The position numbers were made by a program, and so were the translations under genes. A stretch of DNA of 55,318 nucleotides from Gaiellaceae bacterium (GTDB taxonomy: Bacteria > Actinomycetota > Thermoleophilia > Gaiellales > Gaiellaceae), in the NCBI GenBank assembly GCA_036723535.1, contig DAIMGZ010000001.1, forward strand, positions 1 to 55,318, in the 5' to 3' direction. The notes under the pieces are model-generated. The model did no database searches. It saw only the letters and a program-made list of their open reading frames with translations, and was not told where the DNA came from. Each line of letters begins with the position of its first letter. Positions within the stretch are counted from its first letter, which is position 1. Shown one piece after another: positions 47,828-55,318 of the stretch.

Positions 47828-50203
47828 ATGACACCGAGATACGAACCCAACGAGATCGAGGCCAAGTGGCAGCGCGTCTGGGAGGACGAGCGGGCGTTTC
47901 ACGTCCCGAATCCGGTTCCCGGCGAACCGACGCAGGAGCGGCACTGGTACCAGCTCGAGATGCTGCCGTACCCGTCGGCGCCGAGCCTCCACATGGGCCA
48001 CGTCCTCAACTACACGATGGGCGACGTCCAGACGCATGTGCGCCGCCGCAGCGGCTGGCACGTGGTGCGCCCGATGGGCTGGGATGCGTTCGGGCTGCCG
48101 GCGGAGAACGCCGCGATCCGTGAGGGCCGCCATCCGCGGGAGACGATCGAGCGGAACATCGAGACGATGCGCGCCCAGATGAAGCGGCTCGGCTGGGCGA
48201 TCGACTGGGACCGTGAGGTCGCCGCGCACCAGCCGACCTTCTACCGCTGGACGCAATGGCTGTTCCAGCAGTTCGTCGCGCGCGGCCTCGGCTACCGCAA
48301 GGAGGGGCCGGTCAACTGGTGCCCCAACGACCAGACGGTGATCGCCAACGAGTACGTCGTCGACGGTCGTTGCGAGCGTTGCGGCGCGGAGGTCGAGCTG
48401 CGGAACATGACGCAGTGGTACTTCCGGACGACCGCCTACGCCGACGAGCTGCTCGAGTACGAGGGCGCCGAGTGGCCACAGCGCACGAAGACGATCCAGC
48501 GCAACTGGATCGGCCGCTCCGAGGGCGCAGAGATCCTCTTCCGCGTCGAGGAGACGGGCGAGGATCTGCCGGTCTTCACGACGCGCGCCGACACGCTCTA
48601 CGGCGCGACCTTCTTCGTCGTCGCGCCGGAGCATCCGTTCGTCGAGGCGCACGCGAGCGAGGAGGCGAGGGAGTACGCGCGCCACGCCGGCGCGCGTCCG
48701 GTCGAGGAGCGCGCCGCGGAGACGAAGAAGACCGGCGTTTTCTCAGGGCTTCATGCGGTCAACCCCATCAACGGCGAGCGGCTGCCGATCTGGGTGGCCG
48801 ACTACGTCCTCATGGACTACGGAACCGGCGCGATCATGGCCGTCCCCGCGCACGACGAGCGCGACGGCGAGTTCGCCGAGACGTTCGTCCTGCCCACGAA
48901 GGTCGTGATCGACGACGACGGCAAGCTCGTCAACTCCGACCGCTTCGACGGGCTCCCCGCGGCGGAGGGCGCGCGGGCGATCGTCGCCGCGCTCGAGGAG
49001 GAGGGCCGCGGCCGACCCACCGTCTCGTACCGCCTGCGCGACTGGAGCGTGTCCCGCCAGCGCTACTGGGGCTGCCCGATCCCGTTCATCCACTGCGAAC
49101 GTTGCGGCGTCGTGCCCGTGCCGGAGAAGGACCTGCCCGTGATCCTGCCCGACATCGAGGACTACGCCCCGAAGGGGAAGCCGCCGCTCGCGACCAACGA
49201 GGAGTACATGACGGTCGACTGCCCGCAGTGTGGCGGCCCGGCTCGGCGGGATCCCGACACGATGGACACGTTCGTCGACTCGTCCTGGTACTTCCTCCGC
49301 TACATCGACTCACACAACGACGAGGCGCCGTTCGACCGCTTCGTCGTCGACTACTGGCTGCCGGTCTCCCAGTACATCGGCGGCATCGACCATTCGACTG
49401 GCCACCTGCTCTATTCGCGCTTCTTCGTCAAGGCGATGAACGACTGGGGGATGCTCGGCTTCCGCGAGCCGTTCGCGCGCGTCTTCCACCAGGGCTGGGT
49501 GACGCTCGGCGGCTCGAAGATGTCGAAGACGCGCGGCAACGTCGAAGGGCCGGACCCGTTCGTCGACAAGTACGGCGCCGACGCGGTCCGGCTCTACATC
49601 CTCTTCATGGGCCCCGCGGACGAGGACATGGAGTGGACGCCGGCCGGGGTCGAGGGGATCGTGCGCTTCCTGCGCCGGCTGTGGCGCATCGTGCACGAGG
49701 TCGCCGAGGCGGCGCCCTCTCCCGGTTCGACCGAGGGCGCGCTGTCCCGGAAGGCGAACGAGACGATCGCGCGGGTCACGGACGACGTCCTGCGCCGCTT
49801 CCAGTTCCACACGCCGATCTCGGCGGTGATGGAGCTGGTGAACGAGCTCGGCGGCTCCGTCGACGCGCCGGACGCGCGCTTCGCCGCCGAGACGGCCGTC
49901 TCGCTGATCCAGCCGTACGCGCCGCACGTCGCCGAGGAGCTATGGACGGTGCTCGGCCACGAGCGGCTGTGGGAGGCCGCGTGGCCGGAGGCCGACGAGT
50001 CGCAGCTCGTGCGCGAGACGTTCGAGCTCGTCGTGCAGGTGAACGGCAAGCTGCGCGACCGGTTCGAGGTGGAGGTCGGCCTGAGCGAGGAGGAGCTCGT
50101 CGCGCGGGCGCTCGAGTCGGAGCGCGTGCGGGCGCACCTCGACGGCGGCGAGCCGCGCAAGACGATCGTCGTCCCCCGCAAGCTCGTGAACTTCGTGATC
50201 TAG
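47828..50203 (+). CDS. leuS: Leucine--tRNA ligase
   Basis: Class I HIGH-type motif (PSLHMGHVLNY), KMSKT (SKMSKTRGN), and the CP1 editing domain. 791 aa. Confidence 0.95.
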   Translation: MTPRYEPNEIEAKWQRVWEDERAFHVPNPVPGEPTQERHWYQLEMLPYPSAPSLHMGHVLNYTMGDVQTHVRRRSGWHVVRPMGWDAFGLPAENAAIREGRHPRETIERNIETMRAQMKRLGWAIDWDREVAAHQPTFYRWTQWLFQQFVARGLGYRKEGPVNWCPNDQTVIANEYVVDGRCERCGAEVELRNMTQWYFRTTAYADELLEYEGAEWPQRTKTIQRNWIGRSEGAEILFRVEETGEDLPVFTTRADTLYGATFFVVAPEHPFVEAHASEEAREYARHAGARPVEERAAETKKTGVFSGLHAVNPINGERLPIWVADYVLMDYGTGAIMAVPAHDERDGEFAETFVLPTKVVIDDDGKLVNSDRFDGLPAAEGARAIVAALEEEGRGRPTVSYRLRDWSVSRQRYWGCPIPFIHCERCGVVPVPEKDLPVILPDIEDYAPKGKPPLATNEEYMTVDCPQCGGPARRDPDTMDTFVDSSWYFLRYIDSHNDEAPFDRFVVDYWLPVSQYIGGIDHSTGHLLYSRFFVKAMNDWGMLGFREPFARVFHQGWVTLGGSKMSKTRGNVEGPDPFVDKYGADAVRLYILFMGPADEDMEWTPAGVEGIVRFLRRLWRIVHEVAEAAPSPGSTEGALSRKANETIARVTDDVLRRFQFHTPISAVMELVNELGGSVDAPDARFAAETAVSLIQPYAPHVAEELWTVLGHERLWEAAWPEADESQLVRETFELVVQVNGKLRDRFEVEVGLSEEELVARALESERVRAHLDGGEPRKTIVVPRKLVNFVI

Positions 50204-50206
50204 GGC

Positions 50207-50857
50207 CTAGCGCTCGCGCGGGTCGGGGCGGTCGACATTCCAGTGCCGCCCGACCGCGGCCAACCAGCGCAGCCCGTCGTCGCCTTCGCGCGGCGTGAGC
50301 AGGAAGCGGCTGATCACGCGCTGGCCGCCCTCGAAGTCGCCGTAGAGGATGTCGATGCTCATCCGCTGCGGCGCCTCGACCGCACGGCGGGCGGCGCGGT
50401 AGCCGTCGCTCGCCGGGTCGCGGAAGGCTCCCTGCCAAAAGCCGACGTCACCGGGGGCGACGTAGAGGTCGCGGGTCAGCATCGTGAAGTCCTCCAGCGG
50501 AGTAGGGGCCATTTCGGCTCCGAGCTGGATCTCGGGGTACAGGTGCCAGCCGTGGAGGACGGCGATCCCCGTGCCCACGTTGCGGACGGCGATGACGAAG
50601 TAGACGGCCTCGTTCGTCGCGCTCGCGATCCCCTGGCCGCCGGGCACCAAGAACCAGACGTCATCGGAGAAACCGGCCTTGACATCCGGGTCCTGTGTGC
50701 GCGACGGGACGAGGAGCGGGCGCTGGGCGGCGAGGAGAGACTGCTCGGCTACTCGAGCGGCCCGGTTGGCGGAGCGGACCGAGGCGAGGGTCACGCCGGC
50801 GAGGGCGAGCGTGCCGCCTGCGGTCGATAGCGCGGAGATCGTCACCCAGTCCGCCAC
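50207..50857 (-). CDS. Hypothetical membrane-anchored protein, no recognisable family
   Basis: 216 aa. N-terminal TM ([22 protein letters not shown]), then a beta-rich looking domain ([24 protein letters not shown]...). Codon usage is consistent with real coding. Confidence 0.55.
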   Translation of the reverse strand: MADWVTISALSTAGGTLALAGVTLASVRSANRAARVAEQSLLAAQRPLLVPSRTQDPDVKAGFSDDVWFLVPGGQGIASATNEAVYFVIAVRNVGTGIAVLHGWHLYPEIQLGAEMAPTPLEDFTMLTRDLYVAPGDVGFWQGAFRDPASDGYRAARRAVEAPQRMSIDILYGDFEGGQRVISRFLLTPREGDDGLRWLAAVGRHWNVDRPDPRER

Positions 50858-50922
50858 GGCGCGAGTCTACGGTCAAGAACCCGCGACAGACACGTGACGG
50901 GTTCGGCGTCACCCTGGACGGA

Positions 50923-51414
50923 ATGGACGTCCGGCTCCCGGCCCTGTCGCGGCGGCAGCTCTTTGGCGCTGCTTCAGCCGTTGCTGTCCTGCTCGTGCTC
51001 CTCGTTCGGCACCTCGGCGGCCACGCCGGCGCCCCGGCGCCCGTTGTCGCGCCGGTGCGTGCCCCGGCGAAGCCTGCGGCGGCGAAGCTGCTCGTGATCG
51101 ACGTTGCGGGCGCGGTGCAACGGCCGGGGCTCTACCGCCTGCGGGCCGGTTCCCGCATCGACGATGCAATCGCGGCTGCCGGCGGCGCTACCGGTAAGGC
51201 CGAGCTCGACGGGGTCAATCTCGCCGCGCCAATCGCCGACGGTGAGCAGGTCGTCGTCCCGGGTCGCGGCGCGGGCGGTGCGGCGGCGGCGAGCCCTCCC
51301 GCTGCTGCCGGCTCCTCGCCGTCCGCGCCGCTCGACCTCAACTCGGCGACGCTCGAGCAGCTCGAGGCGCTGCCCGGGATCGGGCCGGTGACGGCGCAGA
51401 AGATCCTCTTCTAA
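50923..51414 (+). CDS. comEA: ComEA-like DNA receptor, C-terminally truncated
   Basis: TM anchor, SLBB-like core ([31 protein letters not shown]...DGEQVVVP), and first Hh[26 protein letters not shown], then a stop after LF. The second HhH is missing. Confidence 0.75.
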   Translation: MDVRLPALSRRQLFGAASAVAVLLVLLVRHLGGHAGAPAPVVAPVRAPAKPAAAKLLVIDVAGAVQRPGLYRLRAGSRIDDAIAAAGGATGKAELDGVNLAAPIADGEQVVVPGRGAGGAAAASPPAAAGSSPSAPLDLNSATLEQLEALPGIGPVTAQKILF

Positions 51415-51425
51415 GAGGCTCGGTC

Positions 51426-52583
51426 TCAGCCGCCCGGAAGCGCCGTATTCAAGCCGTCCGGGTCCGCCGAGATCCGGTCAGCTGCGGTCAGGTCGGTAGA
51501 ACTTTCTACCGGTCCCAGGAGCCGCGTCTCGAGCGCGGCGGCCTCGTCCCGGAAGACGGTGCCGGCGAGATGGAGGTAGACCCTTGTCGTCTTCATGTCC
51601 GAGTGTCCCGCCTTCGTCATGAGCGCGATCGGCGACGAGCCGGTGGCGGCCTCGTTCGTCAATGCGGTGTGCCGGAGGTCGTGGAACGGCCGAACGTAGT
51701 CGGTGATCCCGGCCGCCCGGAGCGCCTGCCGGAACGTCTCTGCCCACATCTTCTCTGAGTACCTGCAGCCCTTGACCGTGTGGCAGAAGACGCGCTCGTC
51801 GTCGCCCTTGTACGCCGTTCGCCCGTAGTGCGCGGACAGCGCATCTAGGAGCCGAGCGGGGAGCGCGATCGCCCGCTCGCCCTCCTCTGTCTTCGACTTG
51901 CGGACGCGCAAGACGCCATCGAGCAGGTCGATGTCCTTCCACCGGAGACCCTGCAGCTCATGCCGGCGTATCCCGGTCAGGACGAGCGTGAGGAAGACGA
52001 CGCGCGCCTGCTCGTCCGTGAACGCGGCCAGGACTCGTCCGACCTCGACGGGCTCGAGGATCCGCCAGCGGCGGCGTGCCTTCTTCGGATGCTCCGCCGA
52101 TGCGGCCGGGTTAGCGTCGACGAGCTCCTCCCGCATCGCGGACGCGAACAGGTCATGGAGGATGCTCAGGTCACGGCTCACGGTCGACGCCTCGAGCTCG
52201 CCCGCCTTCGCGCTGACGTACTCGGCGACGTGGCGCGGCCGGATCTCTCCGAGCGGGAACGGGTCGAAGTGCTCGCCGAGCCGCTTGAGGATCGAGCGGT
52301 ACTGGATGACGGTGCGCGGCGCCCAGCGACGCCGCGTCCGCCCCTCCTCGAACCACGTCTCGCGGTAGGAGCGGAACGTGGTCGGCTTCGGCCGCCGGTA
52401 TGCCTTTCGCTCCACGCGGACGAGTCGCTCCCGGAGCTCTGCCTCCGCTTTCCGACGGTCCCAGCCCTCACGTTCCGGGCCGAGCGTCTCCATCACCTGC
52501 TTGCCGTCCGCGTCGGCGTACTTGATCCGCCATACGACGCCGCGCTTGCCTTCGTACCGGATGACTGCCGAGCCGCTAGGCAT
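51426..52583 (-). CDS. int: Tyrosine-type site-specific integrase
   Basis: N-terminal SAM-like/arm-binding region. Catalytic residues in context TGIRRHEL (R), HDLRHTALT (HxxR), TRVYLH (Y). Confidence 0.92.
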   Translation of the reverse strand: MPSGSAVIRYEGKRGVVWRIKYADADGKQVMETLGPEREGWDRRKAEAELRERLVRVERKAYRRPKPTTFRSYRETWFEEGRTRRRWAPRTVIQYRSILKRLGEHFDPFPLGEIRPRHVAEYVSAKAGELEASTVSRDLSILHDLFASAMREELVDANPAASAEHPKKARRRWRILEPVEVGRVLAAFTDEQARVVFLTLVLTGIRRHELQGLRWKDIDLLDGVLRVRKSKTEEGERAIALPARLLDALSAHYGRTAYKGDDERVFCHTVKGCRYSEKMWAETFRQALRAAGITDYVRPFHDLRHTALTNEAATGSSPIALMTKAGHSDMKTTRVYLHLAGTVFRDEAAALETRLLGPVESSTDLTAADRISADPDGLNTALPGG

Positions 52584-52703
52584 CGCCGGTCACCTCCTCA
52601 GCGCAACAGCCTCCGAGCACGACGATTAGGGCGCCGGCCCGGAGGCCATGCGCATCTTGGCAGCGTGCACGAGAGGTGTGCGTCCCTAATCCGCACGGAC
52701 CGA

Positions 52704-52943
52704 TCATGCCACTCCCGTCGGGCGGTGTCTACGGAATGTCGGGCCGCCGCCCGCCTTCAGCGACTCCACCCATGCGAGCACGTCGCCGCGGTCGTAACGG
52801 ACATAGCGGCCGAGCGGCACATGCGGGATCGCGCCGCTGCGAGTGTGCTCCCGGACCCAGCGCACCGGGACGCCGAGCAACTCGGCGACTTCCCTTGCCT
52901 CGAGGAGACGATCGGGCGACGCTGGCGACGGGACCGCGCTCAT
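52704..52943 (-). CDS. xis: Excisionase / MerR-type HTH DNA-binding protein
   Basis: LLEAREVAELLGVPVRWVREHTRSGAIPHVPLGRYVRYDRGDVLAWV is the typical excisionase-family HTH. Located directly upstream of int. Confidence 0.82.
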   Translation of the reverse strand: MSAVPSPASPDRLLEAREVAELLGVPVRWVREHTRSGAIPHVPLGRYVRYDRGDVLAWVESLKAGGGPTFRRHRPTGVA

Positions 52944-53023
52944 GTCAGCGTCTCCCGCAGCTCGAGCAGCCCCGGTACGCGGTCACGGAAGCCGCGTGCG
53001 TCCGGGTGATCGGAGATACACCC

Positions 53024-53180
53024 GGGACGCACGGGACGCATGCATGGGACGCAGCCCGGGACGCACCGGGACGCACCGGGACGCACCGCATGGTTAAGCG
53101 GAATCGGCGGGACGCAGCCGGGACGCGATCGGCCGAGAAGAGCGGGACGCAACCCGGGACGCGCCTACCCATTGCGTCCC
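53024..53180. repeat. Iteron-like array of GGGACGC(A)
   Basis: Direct copies start at 53024, 53033, 53046, 53058, 53068, 53078 (set A) and 53109, 53120, 53144, 53156 (set B). One inverted copy TGCGTCCC at 53173-53180. The sets are separated by a relatively AT-richer spacer ccgcatggttaagcggaatcgg. Spacing is mostly 9-13 bp. Confidence 0.9.
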
Positions 53181-53383
53181 GCTTCTGCGAGGGGGTCGGT
53201 CGCCTCGCGGTAGGGCCGGATCGACTCGACGCCCTGGCCCTTCGCGCCGCGCGCGTAGCCCTCGCGGATCAGGCACTCGATAGCGATGCGTGCGTACCGG
53301 CCCTTACCTCCGGTCGCGTCGGTGATCACTCTGCGGGCCGGCGGTTCGGCGCAGTTCTCGATGAAGATCGACGCGCGTTCCAT
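53165..53383 (-). CDS. 72-aa protein, possible winged-helix DNA binder
   Basis: MERASIFIENCAEPPARRVITDATGGKGRYARIAIECLIREGYA.... Good third-position GC. Its 5' 80 nt overlap the ATPase ORF, and its 3' end runs into the repeat array. Confidence 0.45.
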   Translation of the reverse strand: MERASIFIENCAEPPARRVITDATGGKGRYARIAIECLIREGYARGAKGQGVESIRPYREATDPLAEAGRNG

Positions 53384-54296
53384 GAGGTGCGTTGGTCTGA
53401 ACCCGGGGCGCCTCGTCGTCGGAACCGCCGTCGATGCGGCGCCATGAGCCGAAGACGCCGCCGCCGATCTCGAGCTCCCAGCGGCCGCTGTTGCCGAAGC
53501 GCGAGTCGGTGATCTCGAGCCGGACGATCCCGGTCGCGTCGACGGTGAACCGCTCGACCGTCTCGACCGCGAAGAGGATCTCGTTCAGGTCGCCCTTGGC
53601 GCTGGCGCCGCGGCTCCGCTTCGGGTCGGTGTGGCCGCTGTTGTCGAGGATCAGGGTTGCGATGCCGGCGCGGAAGAGCGGGTCGACGAGCGCGGCCATG
53701 AACGCGGCGTAGTCGTCATTGCCCGACTCCTCGAGGCCGAGGTCGCTGAGGAACATCCGCTGCGAGTCGAAGACGACGAGGTCGGCACCGGCGCAAAGCG
53801 CGACGAGGTCCGCCTCGTCGCTGTCGCGGAAGCGCGGAAACTCGTAGTAGGCGATCTGCGCGGCGAGTTCGGCCTGCTCCTCGTCGTCGAGGCCTCGAGC
53901 CGTGATGATCTGGCCGAGCCGCTCGGCGTAGAGGTTGCCGCCGTTCTCTCGGTCGAAGATCACGACCCGCGCGCCAGCCAAGACCATGTCAGCGGTTTGG
54001 ACGAGCGCGCCGATCGACTTGCCGACCTTCTTCGGCGCAACCCATTGGTGCCGCTTGCCCGCTCGCAGCATCCCGGGCGACGCAGGCAGGTCGGCGGCCT
54101 CCGGGATGCCGTCTCGGAGCCGCCGGACGAGGTCGACGCGGCGCGAGACCACCCGCTCGTCGAAGCTTCCGCTTGGCGGGTTGCCGGTCGCGCTCGACTC
54201 GAAGCCGTATCCGGCGGCGTCGACGTCGGCATCAATCAGGGCGCGCAGCGTCTCGGCGTCGTCCGGGTCCCAACCGAGGGTCGGCTCGGCGCTCAC
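53304..54296 (-). CDS. RecA-fold AAA ATPase (RepA/AAA_25-like replication or helicase-loader type)
   Basis: Walker A APKKVGKS, Walker B-like VVIFDRENG and LVVFDSQ, sensor-like TLILDNSGH. GTG 54296 overlaps the upstream stop (GTGA). The last approximately 30 aa are Arg-rich and overlap the next ORF. Confidence 0.65.
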   Translation of the reverse strand: MSAEPTLGWDPDDAETLRALIDADVDAAGYGFESSATGNPPSGSFDERVVSRRVDLVRRLRDGIPEAADLPASPGMLRAGKRHQWVAPKKVGKSIGALVQTADMVLAGARVVIFDRENGGNLYAERLGQIITARGLDDEEQAELAAQIAYYEFPRFRDSDEADLVALCAGADLVVFDSQRMFLSDLGLEESGNDDYAAFMAALVDPLFRAGIATLILDNSGHTDPKRSRGASAKGDLNEILFAVETVERFTVDATGIVRLEITDSRFGNSGRWELEIGGGVFGSWRRIDGGSDDEAPRVQTNAPHGTRVDLHRELRRTAGPQSDHRRDRR

Positions 54297-54517
54297 GCGG
54301 CCGTCCTGGACGAGACTCGCGTACAGCAAACGCACCAACCTGTCGCGTCATCGAGCCTATTGCAGAGGTCCCCGCAGGAAGGGCAGACCTCGGGGACGGC
54401 TTCGACCTGCAGGCGCCGACGGCGTTTCCGGCTCCGGCAGGTTGAACCGTGCGAGAGAGCTCCGCGGCGTTTGTCACCGAGCGGCAGCCCGCAGCCTTCG
54501 CAGAGGCGCTCCGTCAC
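54293..54517 (-). CDS. Small double zinc-finger protein
   Basis: GGAGG 6 nt upstream of GTG 54517. CEGCG...STCRSRKRRRR (the Cys-x2-Cys plus basic C..R.R motif common in actinophage/AICE small proteins) and CPSCG...CVCC. Confidence 0.55.
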   Translation of the reverse strand: MTERLCEGCGLPLGDKRRGALSHGSTCRSRKRRRRLQVEAVPEVCPSCGDLCNRLDDATGWCVCCTRVSSRTAA

Positions 54518-55044
54518 CGGGCGCCTCCGGCGGAGGCTAGGTCAGGTTCCTCGTCTCGTTCTCGAGGGGGCCCGCGGCGGCGTGATGACGCTCTGCATGT
54601 GTGGCGAGCAGTCGTCGGCCTATGGCCACGGCCACGTGGCCCGCGAATCGCTGCGGATGGACACGCAAGCCCTCGCGGCGGCTGGAGACGGTCGCGTCGA
54701 TGCCACTCGATGCGCCTCCGTTCGCCTGCGAGTCGCAGCAGCCCGTCAGCGGCGACCCCGTCGGAAATCGAGAGCTCTTCGCCCGACTCCCGCTTCGCGT
54801 TGATTTCGGCGGCGCGCTCCTCGGTCACGTTGCGACCGTCGAGCTCGGGAAACTCGTCCAAGGTGCCGTCGTACTCGGCCTTCTCAGCCTCGTCGAGCGT
54901 CTCGCCCGCCTCGATCTTCACTCTCAGTTCCAAGAAGCGCGGGTAGACAGCGCCTAGGCGCGCGATGCGGTCCTGCTCTCGCAGTTGCGCCGCGAGCTCG
55001 GCCCGCGTTTCGGCGTTCGCTAGTAGCTCGTCGAGGCGAGGCAT
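54514..55044 (-). CDS. Hypothetical element protein; C-terminal third doubtful
   Basis: The N-terminal approximately 110 aa are convincing (MPRLDELLANAETRAELAAQLREQDRIARLGAVYPRFLELRVKIEAGETLDEAEKAEYDG...). The distal part is Arg/Pro-rich, while the +1 frame reads ...GIDATVSSRREGLRVHPQRFAGHVAVAIGRRLLATHAERHHAAAGPLENETRNLT* (stop 54537) with higher GC3. Confidence 0.45.
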   Translation of the reverse strand: MPRLDELLANAETRAELAAQLREQDRIARLGAVYPRFLELRVKIEAGETLDEAEKAEYDGTLDEFPELDGRNVTEERAAEINAKRESGEELSISDGVAADGLLRLAGERRRIEWHRRDRLQPPRGLACPSAAIRGPRGRGHRPTTARHTCRASSRRRGPPRERDEEPDLASAGGAR

Positions 55045-55318
55045 GGCGTCGGGGACTGCGTCGTCGAGGGTGCTGCCCTCATTGCGGGAGACTCTAGAAC
55101 CGCGCCCGGATGCAAACGACGGACGCCCCGCGGAGGACGGGGCGCCACATCGAGCATTTCGACAACGAGCCTCGACAGCTCGAGACGGATTGTACGGCGG
55201 GGTGCGGAAAGCTTCAGCGTCACTTCTCTAAGCGTTGCATCAGCCGCGAAGGGCGACGCAACACTTAGAAGCATGAGTACGCAAACCGAAGAACTGCGGG
55301 TCCTCACGCTCCGCGCGC

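Larger units (their letters stand above)
51405..55318. mobile_element. Left end of an integrated element (prophage, satellite or AICE-like); continues beyond the window
   Basis: From the comEA junction: convergent tyrosine integrase, excisionase, iteron-like array, RepA-like ATPase operon. The other boundary is not in the window. Confidence 0.7.

Noticed and set aside
52843-53172. ORFs 52843..53097(+), 52940..53152(-) and 52945..53172(-) across the repeat array.
   Set aside because: Their peptides are periodic translations of the GGGACGCA repeats (GTHGTH / RPGASR patterns), not genes.
53024-53180. A CRISPR array interpretation of the repeats.
   Set aside because: The repeat unit is only 7-8 bp and the gaps are 2-24 bp, so there are no spacer-sized unique segments and no palindromic 25-40 bp repeat. 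No cas genes are present.
55020-55307. ORF 55020..55307(-) and ORF 54965..55231(+) at the window end.
   Set aside because: Composition and low-complexity peptides are unconvincing. The region has lower GC and looks like a divergent promoter region. Only a 15-codon + strand start (55273) is visible, which is too short to call.

Overview
This is a high-GC (about 70%) chromosomal window that looks Actinomycetota-like. Genes are densely packed and many are translationally coupled through ATGA/GTGA/TTGA overlaps. All calls come from reading the six-frame track and the raw sequence by eye; no searches were run.

Content in order:
- 1-1779: the 3' part of tRNA-Ala(CGC), then an arsR / arsC-MIP-channel arsenic module.
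- 1811-5853: small zinc-ribbon and ABM-like genes, an ANTAR regulator with a degenerate receiver, and a membrane protein-CarD-like-zinc ribbon operon.
- 5881-10137: ECF sigma/anti-sigma pair, a PepSY protein and an OmpR/histidine kinase pair.
- 10139-14327: a small membrane ORF, a cupin, a rubrerythrin-like protein, pckA and rsgA.
- 14559-21964: a polyamine utilisation cluster (Lrp regulator, class III aminotransferase, PotABCD-type ABC transporter, FAD oxidase).
- 21961-27921: a CBS-domain protein, an HMG-CoA-lyase-like gene and a membrane protein, a tightly overlapped MaoC-GNAT-GNAT-CoA-transferase operon, a divergent GNAT and a small tail-anchored protein.
- 27990-30398: a scrambled class III nucleotidyl cyclase remnant and a thioredoxin-domain protein.
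- 30690-35361: a Liv-type ABC transporter.
- 35367-46353: a large acyl-CoA/beta-oxidation cluster that includes an Lva-like kinase/small protein/ACAD/SDR module, followed by a DMT/EamA transporter.
- 46477-51414: lysA with an apparent 1-nt frameshift, leuS, an orphan protein, and a 3'-truncated comEA.
- 51405-55318: the left end of an integrative element (integrase, excisionase, a dense GGGACGC(A) iteron-like array, a RepA-like ATPase module).

Most interesting observations:
1. The helically phased 8-mer array in the integrated element.
2. A Leu-Leu-Leu leader peptide plus intrinsic terminator directly upstream of leuS.
3. A roughly 100-bp coding segment of the cyclase gene sitting inverted on the opposite strand.
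4. The Lva-like 4-hydroxyacyl-CoA module joined to a Liv-type transporter.

Caveat: three apparent single-base frame disruptions (around 3575, 46785 and 54715) suggest the assembly may carry indel errors, so the pseudogene calls are provisional.
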